From positions 137,985-201,984 of the forward strand of contig MU058432.1 in NCBI GenBank assembly GCA_013265495.1: a DNA stretch of 64,000 nt, given 5' to 3'. Source of the stretch: Vicugna vicugna. Its lineage: Eukaryota. Shown piece after piece: positions 11,156 to 23,679 of the stretch (its first letter is position 1; each line of letters opens with the position of its first letter). The notes under the pieces were generated by a model. It made no database searches and was not told where the DNA came from. It saw nothing but the letters and a program-made list of their open reading frames with translations. The position numbers and the translations under genes are program-made.

Positions 11156-13150
11156 TAGCAAAGGCTGGTCCAGAGTCCAGTGCTGGCTGTCCCTCCAAGG
11201 TTTGGAGGGAGCCATCTGTCAGGAGGGGAGAGGAGCTGAGGGGAGAATGGGCCGTGGCTCACTGGCAACGAAGTGAGTGACACGTCAAGTCTGGTTTTTC
11301 ATCATCACTCCCGTTACTGCTGTTACCCCCATCCCATAATTAAACACTTAATTTTCGCATGGTGTCATTCTGAAATCTTCAGAAGGATGCGTAATTTTCC
11401 TGAGTGGTATAAAAGTATGTATTTGTGATAAAGAGTGACGGTACCATTCAGATAAAAATTGGGAAAATAACCATAATATTGGACTGTACAGCCAGAAGGG
11501 GCCCCATCAGTTCGTTTCCTATCAACTTGTAAGAGGGTTCATAAGATTCGTAGTATTTTAGGAGCTGATTCAATGCTAAGAGAGAGACTTCAGTGGGAAT
11601 GGAGGAAAGTTATGCTTTTTCTTTTTTTGAGAAGATTCTGAAGGGGAGCTTAGGGCTCTCAGATGAGACACCCCTTGCCTAGGTAAGTTGGCGATGAGTT
11701 GGGGAGGAGCGAGGAAAATGGGATGGCACAAAGGATCCAGGGGAGGGCTGGGGCTGTGGGTGGAGGGGTCAGTCTCTCTACTCCAACTTGCCTTTCAAAG
11801 CACAGACCTGTAACGAGTTTCCACAATGCTAATCTGCCCTTAGTTTCATAGCCCCGGGGAGAAAGAACCTGATCTCAAGGTGGGGGGAGGTCTGCATTGC
11901 TTCCCTCTGGTTTCCTCAAGGAAGCAAAGCAAAGGAAGAGAACAGGTGCCACAGGAACATTTTAGCTGAATACATGAGTTCTGACCTCCAGCCCCCGTCC
12001 CCGTATCAGCCATCTCTCTCCAGGACACAGGGCACAGGGACCCCAGTCTCAGCTGTGTATCTGAGATTGTAGGGGACCTCTGGGGTCCCTCTGAAACTGA
12101 GGAGACAACGGGACCAGAGGGAAGCCAGGTTTGCTCCCTGGACGGAGCGGAGCGGGAGCTGTGTTTGTTGCTTCTCTTGCTAAAAATAGAAGCCAGAGAT
12201 TCTGGGGCACTGAATACCCTTTTCTCCTCCAAGGGAGGCAGATAGAAAAGGATGTGGATTAGGACAGGAGACAGATGGGAGATAAGACCAACTTCTGGAT
12301 TTTTCTCTTAGCAGATGGCCCTATATTTATGACTTTTGCCTTTGGCTATGCTACTGAAACCACCCACCCACCCCGGTGACACCTATCACTTCATCGATGC
12401 TGACTGGTCTTTTTCTGCTCAAAGTTTTGCTTTGATTTTTCAGGCCCTGTCAAACCATAATCCTACAAACCTGAAAAAGCTGGAGTTCTCGGGTGGCTCC
12501 CCTTCCTAACATTTCCCAGACATGGCAGGATAATTAGAGTTGATACTCAAGTGTGTGTGTGTATAATTACTTGTTAGTGCTTCAAGGGAAAAATCCTATT
12601 CATTCTCCTCACCCAAAGCAGCACATTTCAGAGGAAGCCTGAGATGACTTCCTCACACCCCGCCCCGGCACACACCTCTTTCCTGAGAAAGAGGTCTCAA
12701 TTTCCACTCCTAATCCTTAGCTCCCCATCCCCAAAATGCTTTTGAGTGAACAATTCAGGGCCCCCCGAAAAGAGCCCTTCCCACACTTTGTAAAGTCCCA
12801 CGTGTAACTGTGTCTTCTTCACCTGGGAAACGCGACACACACTCAGAGCGGAGGTGCCGGGATGAAAGCTCCAGGCAGAAGTGATCTGTGAAATTTGGTC
12901 TAAATGCTGAGGACTAGGAAGGAGCACGTCCTGAGGGTCCAGAGGGCTGTGTCCTCAACACAGCAGGGTGCCTGACCACGGGGGGCCACAGCCACACTTC
13001 ATAGGGTGCCTCTGAAGAAGCCGAGGGTCCAGGGAGAGCCTTTACAGGATCTAAACTCTGTGATGTCCTTTCGGTGCTGACTGCCTGACTGAGACATGCC
13101 TTAGCCTGCTCAGATGGACCCCCTGATTCTCCCAGTTCAGCTTCCTACAG

Positions 13151-13259
13151 GGGGTAGCTTATCATGTGAAGTTGTGTAACAGAAAAGAATGCCCCACTTG
13201 TAGTGACTACAATTCCGGAAGCAGCCTGTTGTGTGTTTCACCCTGGGGCATAGCGCCCC
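13151..13259 (+). pseudogene. Probable relic exon of a further Ly6/PINLYP-like gene (start of an LU domain)
   Basis: CTTCCTACAG| acceptor and |GTAAGG donor. Allowing one extra base at about 13174 it reads GSLSCEV/CNRKECPTCSDYNSGSSLLCVSPWGIAP, phase 1-1, resembling the LxCEVC...PTCS pattern. Confidence 0.4.
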
Positions 13260-13604
13260 GTAAGGCTTGGGGCTTTGCTTTCTCTTTGAAGCCCTCCCCA
13301 GAGAGCAAGGCACAGGCTCCTTGAATCCTACGTGGGCTTTCTCTTCCCTAGGCTGAGGAGGCAAGGGGCGGGGCGATTTGCCCAGGACTCACTGACTAGG
13401 CTCATATTTTATGCACATTCCCATTGTGTGCCCAATACAGTGATGTGAACAGTGAAACATACGCCCTTCTCTCAAGGATGAGGAGCTAATGCACAGAGAA
13501 CAATGACAGGGGTGTGTGTGATGGGGTGGATGGCTGAGCACAAATAATCAGGGGGGGCAGGGGAGGCGGGGAGAGGAAGTAGTCAGTGCTGGTGCATAAG
13601 GGTG

Positions 13605-14401
13605 GCCAACCTCCACCATTCAAAAGTCCCCAAATGACAAATGCTGGAGAAGCTGTGGAGAAAGGGAAACCCTCCTACACTGCTGGTGGGAATGCAGTTT
13701 GGTGCAGCCACTGTGGGAAACAGTATGGAGATTCCTCAAAAGACTAGGACTAGACTTACCATATGATCCGGTTAAGTCCTGCTCCTGGGCATAAATCCAG
13801 AAGGAACCCTACTTCAGGATGACACTTGCACCCCAATGTTCATAGCAGCATTATTTACGATAGCCAAGACATGGAAACAGCCTAAATGTCCATCAACGGA
13901 TGACTGGATAAAGAAGAGGTGGTATATTTATACAATGGAATACTACTCAGCCATAAAAACTGACAACATAATGCCATTTGTAGCAACATGGATGTTCCTG
14001 GAGATTTTCATTCTAAGTGAAGTAAGCCAGAAAGAGAAAGAAAAATACCATATGAGATCGCTCATATGTGGAATCTAAAAAAAAAAAAGAAAAAAAGAAC
14101 ATAAATACAAAACAGAAACAGACTCATAGACATAGAATACAAACTTGTGGTTGCCAAGGGGCCAGGCGTGGGAAGGGACAGACTGGGATTTCAAAATGTA
14201 GAATAGATAAACAAGATTATACTGTATAGCACAGGGAAATATATACAAGATCTTGCAGTAGCTCACAGCAAAAAAAAAAATGTGGTAATGAATATATGTA
14301 TGCTCATGTATAACTGAAAAATTGTGCTCTACACTGGAATTTGACACAACATTGTAAAATGACTATAACTCAATAAAAAAATGTAAAAAAAAAAAAAAAA
14401 A
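13605..14401 (+). mobile_element. L1 3' fragment (ORF2 end, 3' UTR, polyA), young camelid type
   Basis: [27 protein letters not shown]...EYYSAIK is the L1 ORF2 C-terminus; AATAAA and A-tail follow. Confidence 0.95.
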
Positions 14402-14734
14402 GGCCAAGCTAGCTAGGATTTGGGGGAGGGGTGAGTATGCAAGAGGAGCCCACATCTAGGTAAGGTGGGAAGTAAACACCTCAGTCCCCAGAAAGGCAGT
14501 AAGTAAGTTAAGGATGCCTTTTGTAAGAAAACCTTTGGGGTAATTGTGGGGACCCCTGGGCTGGTTTAACTCTTGAAGAGGGCACATCAGCTATAGTGGG
14601 CAAGGTGCACCGTTATCACCAGACACACTTTACAGACAGGAGAGGCAGCAGCAAGGCAGGGACTCCGACCCAGACCACCTGGCTGCACGGTCTGCGCCCA
14701 CTGCCTGTCAATCAATCACCGCACCCCAGGATTA

Positions 14735-15775
14735 CGAATCCACTGGGGCTGCCATAACCAAGCCGCACAGACGGCGTGCCTTAAGCAAGAGACGTTTATT
14801 TCCTCACGGTTCTGGAGGCTGGAAGTCCGAGATCAAGGTGCCATCGGGGTTGCTTTCTTCTGAGGCCTCTTTCTTTGGGCTCAGAGATGGCTGCTTTGTC
14901 CCTGCGTCTTCACATGGTTCTTCTTTTGTGTGTGTCTGTTACAGACTGAATATTTGTGTCAGCCCCAAATTCATATGCTGACTCCTAACTCCCAAGTCAA
15001 TGGGATTGGGAGATGGGAAATTTGGGAGGTGATTAGGTCATAAGGATGGAGCCCTTCTCGATGGAAATAAAATGTGCAGTCTCTAAGCTGAGAGCTGTGT
15101 TTTATTCAGTGGACTTTCTGAGGACTCGAACCCGGAAGGCAGCTTCTCACATCACCCCAAAGTGGCAGGGGAGGAGCCAGGATATGTGAGTTCTGCCACA
15201 AAGACCAGGTCGTCAGAACATCGAAGGTTACCATTAATTAAAGAACATAAGACATCTCAAGTTAAGGAATTTAGCACTTTTTTATGTATCTGAAGGTGCA
15301 AAGTTCTGGGCTAATTGAAATCATTCCTTTGACAAGCACCTTAGCTCTCTAGGGCCAGTATCCCGTTCTTTCCCATCCTGAGTTCGCTCTGGGTGCCCCA
15401 CTGGGGGTGGCAGCAGAGGCTGGGCTGCCTGCTTGTCCGCATCCTTCCTGGGGGGGACGGGGCAGTAGCGGTTGATGACCTGATGGCCGCACATCCTTTG
15501 TTTACTGATATGACTAGCAATATTTTTCATTCACACCCTCATGGATGGGGTTAGGGCTCTCATAAAAGGGGCCCCAGAGAGCTCCCTCACTCTTCTGCTA
15601 CATGAAGATGCTGAAAGGTGGTGAGTGTCTACCACCCAGGAAGCAAACCCTCACTGGACGCTGAACCTGCCGGTGTCTTGATCTTGGACTTCCAAAGCCT
15701 CCAGAACTGTGAGAAGTAAATTTCTGTTGTTTATAAGCTCCCATTGTGTGGGGTATTTTGTTGTTACAGAGATGT
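14735..15775. mobile_element. Adjacent or nested MaLR LTRs (MLT1-type, about 14735-14937 and 14938-15775)
   Basis: GGTTCTGGAGGCTGGAAGTCCGAGATCAAGGTG, and on the other strand CCTCCAGAACTGTGAGAAGTAAATTTCTGTTGTTTATAAGC. Confidence 0.8.
15056..15535 (-). mobile_element. Solo ERV1-type LTR, family B, inserted into a MaLR
   Basis: TSD CCCT; reverse-complement homology to 23680-24145. Confidence 0.85.
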
Positions 15776-16539
15776 AACTCACAGGCTTTCATCCCAGGTA
15801 AAATGTCCAATAGACTTGGACAGAAAAGGCAGCAGGTCCGTAGCAGGATGTGATGCTCAGTTGGTGGCAGGGAGGCAATGCCAGTGAGACGTGGGCTTGC
15901 CCGCAGCTGCCTGAGTGGGGAAGGGGGACGTTCTCCCCTAGGAGAGCCTTGGCTACCTCTGAAGAAGAAGCCACAAGACAAGACACTAGTTTTCTTCACA
16001 ATAAAAAGGACATAATTAGATTTGAATTGTTATTTCATTCAGACCCACTGCCCTCGGAGATGGGGAGACACCCTATTCAGGGCACAGAAACAAAAAAGCA
16101 AATGAATTTATTAGCTTCATAAGAATAATTCATGAGGACAAATGCAAATATGTTATTTATTTAAAAATGAAAAAATCATTCATTTATGAAAGAAATAAAG
16201 AAAAAAAAACCCCAATAGGTTAAACAATGAGGTATTTATTTCAGTTCTAAGTTGTTCCATCCTGCAAATGGAGACTGTGTACAGAGAAAGCGTATACAAA
16301 TCTACAAGAAATGACACAAAATCCAAAACAGAAGAAAAAATACACACAAAACACACTAGTGAGAAACCCAGGTAAAGGTCTGTAAATACAGAGGGGGAAA
16401 AAAATGAAAAGAAACAGAAGGGACAAGTGGGGATAAACTTTTATTAAGGAACATCTCCATCTTGTGGCCGTGCTTGGTATAACTACTAATTAAGCCAAGT
16501 TCTGTTTTCATTTGTTCAGCCACCCATCCTCACACGAAT

Positions 16540-18790
16540 TCAACCACAAACCCAGCTGATATCTTTCAGTGCACGCTGTGTAGTAGGCACCGGACTAGTT
16601 ATTCAAGATAGGGTAGTGAACAAAATTCCCTGCCTCCACGGAGGCTCCGTTCCAGGAGCTTACATGGGCGGAGTTAGACCATGTAATTAAATAAAGTTGG
16701 AGTAAGAATTTGGGAGCTGGTGCGGGAAGGAATAAACGTTTTCAGCAGGGTGACCAAGGAAGGCTTCATCGAGAAGGTGACTTTTGAGTAAAGGCCTCAA
16801 GAAAGGGTAGGGAGGGAGTCCCGCGGATGTGGGGGTGGGCGTGGAGAAGAGGGATCCAGGAAGAGGAAACAGCCAATGCAAGGGCCTTGAGGGGAGCCTG
16901 GATGCTCAGGAGCATGAGAGGACCAGTTGGGGCTGGAGTGTAGTGAGCGCGGAGGTGAGCAAGGAGGAGATCCAGGAGGTGAGCAGGAAAGTGAGCAGAT
17001 GGACAAAGAACAGCAGGTCCAGATTAAACAGGCTTTGACTTTTTTTCTGAGTGAGGTGGGGAAATGCTGGAGGATTTAATTGATTGATTGATTGAAGTAT
17101 AGTTGACCTACAATGTTGTGTTAGTTTCTGGTGTACAGCATAGTGATTCAGTTATACGTATGTATATACTTTTTCATATTTTTTTTATTATAGGCCATTA
17201 CAAGGTATTGGATATAAGTTCCCTGTGCTATACTGAAGGACCTTATTGTCTGTTTATTTTATATATAGTAGTATGTGTCTGTTAATCTGCAAATTCCTAA
17301 TTTATCCCTCTCCCACCCTTTCCCCTTTGGCAACCATAAGTTTGTTTTTCTATGTCTGTGAATCTTGTTTTATAAATAACTTCATTGTGTCATATTTTTA
17401 GATTCCACATATAAGTGATATCCTATAATATTTGTCTCTTTCTGACTTAATATGATAATCTCTAGGTCTATCCATGTTGCTGCAAATGACATTATTGCAT
17501 CCTTTTTTATGGCTGAGCAATATTCCATTGCTGCTGATGAACATTTAGGTTGCTTTCATGTAAATAGTGATGCTAGGAATACTGGGGTTCATGTACCTTT
17601 TCAAATTAGTTTTCTCCAGGTATATGCCCAGGAATGGGATTGCTGGATTATATTGTAGCTCTAGTTTTAGTTTTTAAAGGAATTTCCATACTATTTTCCA
17701 TAGTATGTGTCTGCACCCAATTACATTCCCACCAACAGTGTAGGAGGGTTCCCTTTTCTCCACACTCTCTCTAGCATTTATCATTTGTGGACTTTTAAAT
17801 GATGGTCATTCTGACCAGTGTGAGGCGATACCTCACTGTAGTTTTGATTTGCAGTTCTCTGATAATTAGAGACACGAAGCATCTTTTCATTGCCCGTTGG
17901 TCAACTGTATGTCTTCATTGGAGAAATGTCTGTTTAGGTCTTCTGCCCATTTTTTGACTGGGTTGTTTGCTTTTTGTTATTGAGTTACATGAGCTATTTG
18001 TATATTTTGCAAATTTTTCCTTGTCGGTTACATCATTTGCAAATGTTTTCTCCCAGAAGGTAGGTTGTTTTTTTACTTTGTTGATGGTTTCTTTGTTATG
18101 CAAAAGCTTGTAAGTTTGATTAGGTCCCATTTGTTTATTTTTGCTTTATTTCTTTTGCCTTGCCTGACCTAAGAAAACATTGGTATAATTTGTGTCAGAG
18201 ACTGTTTTATCTACGCTCTCTTCTAGAGATTTATGGTGTCCTGTCTTATGTTTATGCCTTTAAGCCATTTTGAGTATATTTTTGTGTATGGTTTGAGGGA
18301 GTGTTCTAACTTCATTGATTTACATGCTGCTGTCCAGTTTTCCCAACACCACTTGCTGAAGAGACTGTCTTTTCTCCATTGCATATTCTTGCCTCCTTTG
18401 TTGAAGATTAGTTGAGCAGAGGTGTGTGGGTTTATTTCTGGGTTCTCCGTTCTGTTCCATTGATCCATGTGTCTGTCTTGTGCCAATACCACACTGTTTT
18501 GATTATTGTAGCTCTGTAGCATTGTCTGAAGTCTGGGAGGGTTAAGCCTCCAATGCTGGAGGATTTTGAAGACAGGAGGGATGTTATGTAAGATGACTGT
18601 CTGCTGAGTAGAGCAAGCTCAAGAGAACCAAGAGCATTTAGGGCTATTGTAATTCTGCAGGTGAGAGATAGAGACGCAGGCTTGCATCAGGATGGTAAAA
18701 GTGGGGATGGTAAAAATCGTAGGATTCTAGATATATTCTGAAAGTAGATTCAACAGATTATCTAATGGACTGAATATGCAATGGAGGAAA
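16540..18790 (-). mobile_element. L2 relic split by an L1 insertion
   Basis: L2-like motifs (GGAAGGCTTC..GAGAAGGTGACTTTTGAG, TGCAAGGGCCTTGAGG, GATTCTAGATATATT) on both sides of the L1. Confidence 0.65.
17078..18551 (-). mobile_element. 5'-truncated L1
   Basis: ORF2 peptide [13 protein letters not shown]...[22 protein letters not shown]; 15-bp TSD AATGCTGGAGGATTT at 17063-17077 and 18552-18566. Confidence 0.95.
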
Positions 18791-19529
18791 AGGGATAGTA
18801 AATGAAGATAGAATACTTCAATCCCATGCATTAAGTTAAGCATTTTTCATTTTTATCCCAAAACGTTTAAATTGGTTTGACTTGTACACGAAACAACAAC
18901 AAAATCTCAAAAGTTAAAACAAGTTTGTATGGGAATAGTATAGCTCAGTTAAAAGTTGGGAAATATGTACTTAAAGTGATACATTTTGTTTCGGGTTTTA
19001 AAACATCATTCTGAAGTTCTTTTTTGCAAATAATTAGCAGACATTAGTATCACGCAGATTACTAAAAGCAAATTAGAAGAAGTGTTTTCAGGATGCACTG
19101 CTGTTCACGCCTCTGCTCATTTGTAATCGCTCAGCCTGCATGGCTCACGTTAACACCACGGCGAGCGCCTGCCTGACCGCTGCGACGTTCCCCCACTGGT
19201 CCCACCTCCTCCCGGGAGACTCTGAAGCAGAGGGAAGGCCGGTAAGGACTGACAGTGACCTAACACGGTTTTGGGAGGGTTTTCCCACAAGGCTGGGAAG
19301 AGTAGAGTGAGGATCTATGATGAAATAGCTGTATGAATCTCTTATCTCTTAGGGAACAGGCTGATCGCACTTGGGGGTAATTGATTAACAAACTATCCAC
19401 TTAGTGAATAAATGCCTATCCTTCTAAAAGTTTGATAAGCTCTGCTCTAGGGGCTCTCAGCAGAGCTCATGACTACAGATTTAGTAAAGAAAAGACAGTT
19501 ATTGTTATTATTATGAGAAGAGAGAAATT

Positions 19530-19625
19530 AGATTTATTTATTTTTCTAGTGCAGGTACTGGGGATTGAACCCAGGACCTCATGCCTGCTAAGCGTGCGCT
19601 CTACCACTGAGCTACACCCTCCCCC
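19530..19625 (-). mobile_element. tRNA-derived SINE (camelid Vic-1 type)
   Basis: On -: GGGGAGGGTGTAGCTCAGTGGTAGAGCGC...GGTTCAATCCCC (A and B boxes) plus A-rich tail. Confidence 0.9.
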
Positions 19626-20234
19626 AACAGAAGCCAGTTATTAGGAGGCAGAGTGCTGTTCAGAGCAGCAGGGAAGCAACATTGGGGGTGAAGCATCTTC
19701 CTTGGGCGTTCATCCCTGGGATCTGTCCAGGGTATACCCCTTGGTCCAGAAGCCTGAAAGAAGGGGCTCTCTCTAGGCATCAGCTGAACTCTTCTACATC
19801 CTTGCTGAGAAAGCGCCCATCTTGGTTGAATAGGCTTTTCCTGAATTTTCTCATTGCTCAATCTCTCAGCCTGATCTGTTTCTTACCACGTCTGTTGTAA
19901 TTCTTCTCCACCCACGGGAGGTGAGCAAGGAGGAGTTTATAATAAAAAAGAATTGTCATAATTATCTTGAAGTTTATAAAGATAATTTTAGAGATAAGTT
20001 CATAATCCAAGTTCAACTCTGATAAGTTCCTGGCAAGGCACTTCTGACTTTAATCAGATTTTATGACTACTGTTATCAGTTTGGGGAAGGTATTTTGGCT
20101 GTGCTGGTCAAGGAAGTTCCTGGGGATCAAAATCCCATGTGGGTGTTATGAGCAATGAAAACTTGTTTTTATGAGTTCCATATTGGTTTTATATATATAT
20201 ATATTTATTGATGTATAGTTAATTTACAATATTG

Positions 20235-20815
20235 TGTCAGTTACTGTTTTTTTTATTGCTGCGTAACAAGTTATCACAACATAGTGGTATAAAGCAATAT
20301 AATTTTGTTAGCTGGTAATTCTGTAGATGGATTCTGTCTGGGCTCAGCTGGGTTCTCTGCTTAGGGTCTCACAAGGCTGAGATCTAGGCGCTGGCCAGCT
20401 GGGCTTTTACTTGGAGAATCAGAGGGAGGATCTATTTCCAAGGTTGTTGGCAGAATTCAGTTCCTGTTATAGAACAGAAGTCCTCATTTCCCGGTTGTTG
20501 GCTGGCTTCCCTCCCATCTAGAGGCTGTCCTGTTTCTCCTTACATGACGCCCCTCCACCTGGAAAGCCAGCAATGGTGTGTCCAGCTTTTCTCAGGCTTG
20601 CAATCTCTTCAACTTTCTCTTCCATCACCAAAGGAAACTCCGCTTTTAAAGGGGTTTGCGTGATTAGATTAGGCCCACTCTGATAATCTCTTTATCCTAA
20701 ACTCGGCTGTGTTTAATGCTATAATCAGAGTAGGGCGGTTTGGTCATATTCATAGGTTCTGGGAATTAAGGCTTGAAATCTTGGGGGCATTGAAAAAATT
20801 CTTTTTAGCTACCAG
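20235..20815 (-). mobile_element. MaLR (MLT1-type) LTR
   Basis: TTGCTGCGTAACAA, GTTGTTGGCAGAATTCAGTTCC and GATTAGATTAGGCCCAC motifs. Confidence 0.75.
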
Positions 20816-21949
20816 ACGTTCTGGCTTCTGGCATAATGGAATAGGGAGGCTGACAAATCCTCTCTCCAAAAAGCCTCCATGAGAGCTGGGCAAAGTAAAA
20901 CACATACACACACACACCCCCACACACCCACACACCCACACACACACACTCTTCCATGCCCTGGAATTTAATCAAAGGCACATGACAAATTGATAAAAGT
21001 CTACAGCTGAAAACTTCTGAACTCCGAATAAGAATGGTGAGACCAGGTGTCTCCATCCTTTCTTCTGTGCTGTTCCCCCTACTCCCACGGAAACATCAAG
21101 TTTTACTTTCCCTTTTTGGGGCTCACTTGACTTGGAGTGTAGTCAGGGTAAGCGGTGATCTTGGTGGCAGGCACACAGGGAGCTTCTGGGGCTGCTTGGG
21201 GCAAGCAGTGGCCTGGCAGGTGGGCTGGCACATTTAACACGAAGATCTGGGAGGTGAAACGGTCACAGAGGGCCTGGTAAGTTCTCAGCACTTCCTGGGG
21301 TCACTGGAGGCTGTGTGCACGTGCGGCGGACACCACAGGGACACCAGGCTGCCCATACACACCTGGTTGATGGCACCTGCACATATGAAAGTCAATGTGG
21401 GGACTGATTTGACAATAGCCTGAAACTGGAGCGTGCTCCCTGCTCACACTCAGATCCATCTGCAGGAAGTGGACACGACTTTTGCCCAGTCGTTGGCTGA
21501 ACACTAAGCTAAATAGGCTATCCCTGGGGAATCAAGCTTAAAAATGAAAACAGGCAAAACAGAACGAGCAGAGACATCATTGAACACACGTTGCAGGAAG
21601 ATGGACTTCATGTATTCAGTCCATCTGTACAACCTGGACGGAAGGCAAGGGGCAGCTGTTTGAAGACTTGAGAAATAAATAATAGCAGACAGATGGGGGA
21701 AGAAAACCAGAGTTTAAACTCAGAATTGATCAGGAGTTTGCCGCTTTTCCCCCTCTGGTATCCCCTGGCAGCGGGCACCAAGGTGCAATATAAAAGGGCC
21801 CCAGAAGAAACCCTTTCATTCAGGCTCAAAGGCAGAGGGGAAATCCTCACATGCAGAGAGTGGACATTCCCCCTTTATTTCTCTGTTCTCGTGTGCACCC
21901 AGGCAGCACCACTGTGGCAGTGCAGTGGCCCCCGTAAAACCCTGCAGGA

Positions 21950-22530
21950 GCCAAAACTCTGGGGAAGGGAATCTGTTTTGTCCCCCACCCCAATCTCTAG
22001 CCCTTGTGGGAGGGGAGAGGGGCTGAAAATGGACTTGATCATTAATGGTCAATTATGCCTATGTAATAAAGCCTCCATAACATTCCTAACTGAGGGCGTC
22101 TGGAGAGCTTCCTGGCTGGTGAACACGTGATGTGGAAGGATGGCACAGCCCGGAGAGGGCATGGGAGCTCCGCATGCCTCCCCACATACCTCGTCCTGTG
22201 CACCTCTTCTATCTGGCTGCTTCTGAATTACATACTTTTATAACAAGCTGATAATCTAGTAAATTTTCAGACCCAAGGAGGGCTTTGTGGGAACCTCTGA
22301 TCTATACAGCACAGGGGCAACTGGGGCTTGTGATTGGTTTGTGACATGAGGGGCAGTCTTGTGGTACCGAGCCCTTTAACCTGTGGGACCTGACACTAAC
22401 TCCAGGTAGATAGGGTCAGAATTGAATGAAATTATAGGACATCCAGCTGGTGTCTTCAAAGAATGGGAACATTGCCTGGTTCAGAAAAAATAAAAACTCT
22501 ACACATTTGGCGTCAGAAATGTTCTGAGTA
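21950..22530 (+). mobile_element. MER21-like LTR
   Basis: GGAGAGCTTCCTGGCTGGTGAACAC, CTCCAGGTAGATAGGGTCAGAATTGAA and ACACATTTGGCGTCAGAA motifs. Confidence 0.75.
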
Positions 22531-22809
22531 GGGAGAAAACAGGAGAGTTTTCCCTTTCAAATGGATGTATATTTTTCACTGAAATCGGCTAGAATCCAAC
22601 TGTCAAATATTAGCTTTTCGCAGCTGTGCAAAGGAGTGAGCTCCCATGTTTCCGTCATTCCAGAAAAGAGACTAAAATAGAGCAGCATATGTTGAAGTAG
22701 CCAAAAGAGGCAATTACCAAGACAGTGTTTGTCTCCATGCCAATTCGAAGAGATACCAGACCTCACCAGCCAGGCTAAGCTTTTTTAAGAGGAGGATAAG
22801 AGTTCGATG

Positions 22810-23555
22810 GAATAGGCATAGAACACAAACTTGTGGTTGCCGGGGGGCAGGGGGGTGGGAAGGGACAGACTGGACTTCGAAATGTGTAGATACTGATAGG
22901 CATATGCAGAATAGGTGAACAAGAATGTACTGTACAGCACAGGGAAATATATACAAGATCTTGTGGTAGCTCACGGTGAAAAAGAACGTGACAATGAATA
23001 TACGTGTGTTCAGGTATAACTGAAAAATTGTGCTCCACACTGGAAATTGACACAACATTGTAAACTGACTATAACTCAATAAAAAAAAAAAGATGTGGTG
23101 TATATATGTATATATATACACACACACAACGGAATACTATCCAGCCATAAAAATGAGATTTTGCCATTTATGAAAAAAAATGGATGGACTTGGAGGGCAT
23201 TATGCTAAGTGAAGTAACTCAGACAGAAAAAGGCAAATACTGTATGACCTCACTTATTTGTGAGATCTTAAAATTTAACAAATTAGTCTGTGTAACAAAA
23301 AGGCAGCAGACTCACTGCAACAGAAAACAACCTAGTGGTTTCCGGCGGGGAGGGGGAGGGAGGCCAATATAAGGGTAGGGATTAAGAGGGACAAACTATT
23401 AGGTAGAAAATAAGCTACAGGGATATATATATATTGAACAACACCGGGAGGATAGTGAATATTTTATAACTGTAAATGGAATATAACCTTTAAAATTGTG
23501 AATCACTATACTGTATACCTGCAACTTACATAATATTGTATATCAACTATACTAT
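22810..23555 (+). mobile_element. Young L1 3' end (22810-23091) abutting an older L1 3' end
   Basis: Homology to 14130-14400, followed by MDLEGIMLSEV-type L1 sequence. Confidence 0.9.
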
Positions 23556-23679
23556 TGGAAATCACTGCTCCATCCAAGCAAGTAAAAAGCTAAACAAACT
23601 AAAAATTCAACAGCTCCTTAGATCTATAAAAGAAGAGAGTTCACAGGGCAAAACAGGAGAGACTGGGAGGTAATACAGA

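Larger units (their letters stand above)
8732..12435 (+). pseudogene. Unprocessed pseudogene of a two-domain Ly6/uPAR protein (RoBo-1/PINLYP-like)
   Basis: Four collinear phase-1 exons. 8732-8847: ESYKC..//..QC*HADKINCEASQG*VSFRQELRTS. 9846-9994: EEKGCSSSPCVPPVFSATLG//FGNQHQCCQNEMCNQ. 10610-10741: PSGVKWPACYTVNDISCEPVFLTCSGTETKCV. 12315-12435: FAFGYATET//PVTPITSSMLTGLFLLKVLL*. Multiple stops, frameshifts, Cys losses and splice-site defects. The signal-peptide exon was not located. Confidence 0.85.
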
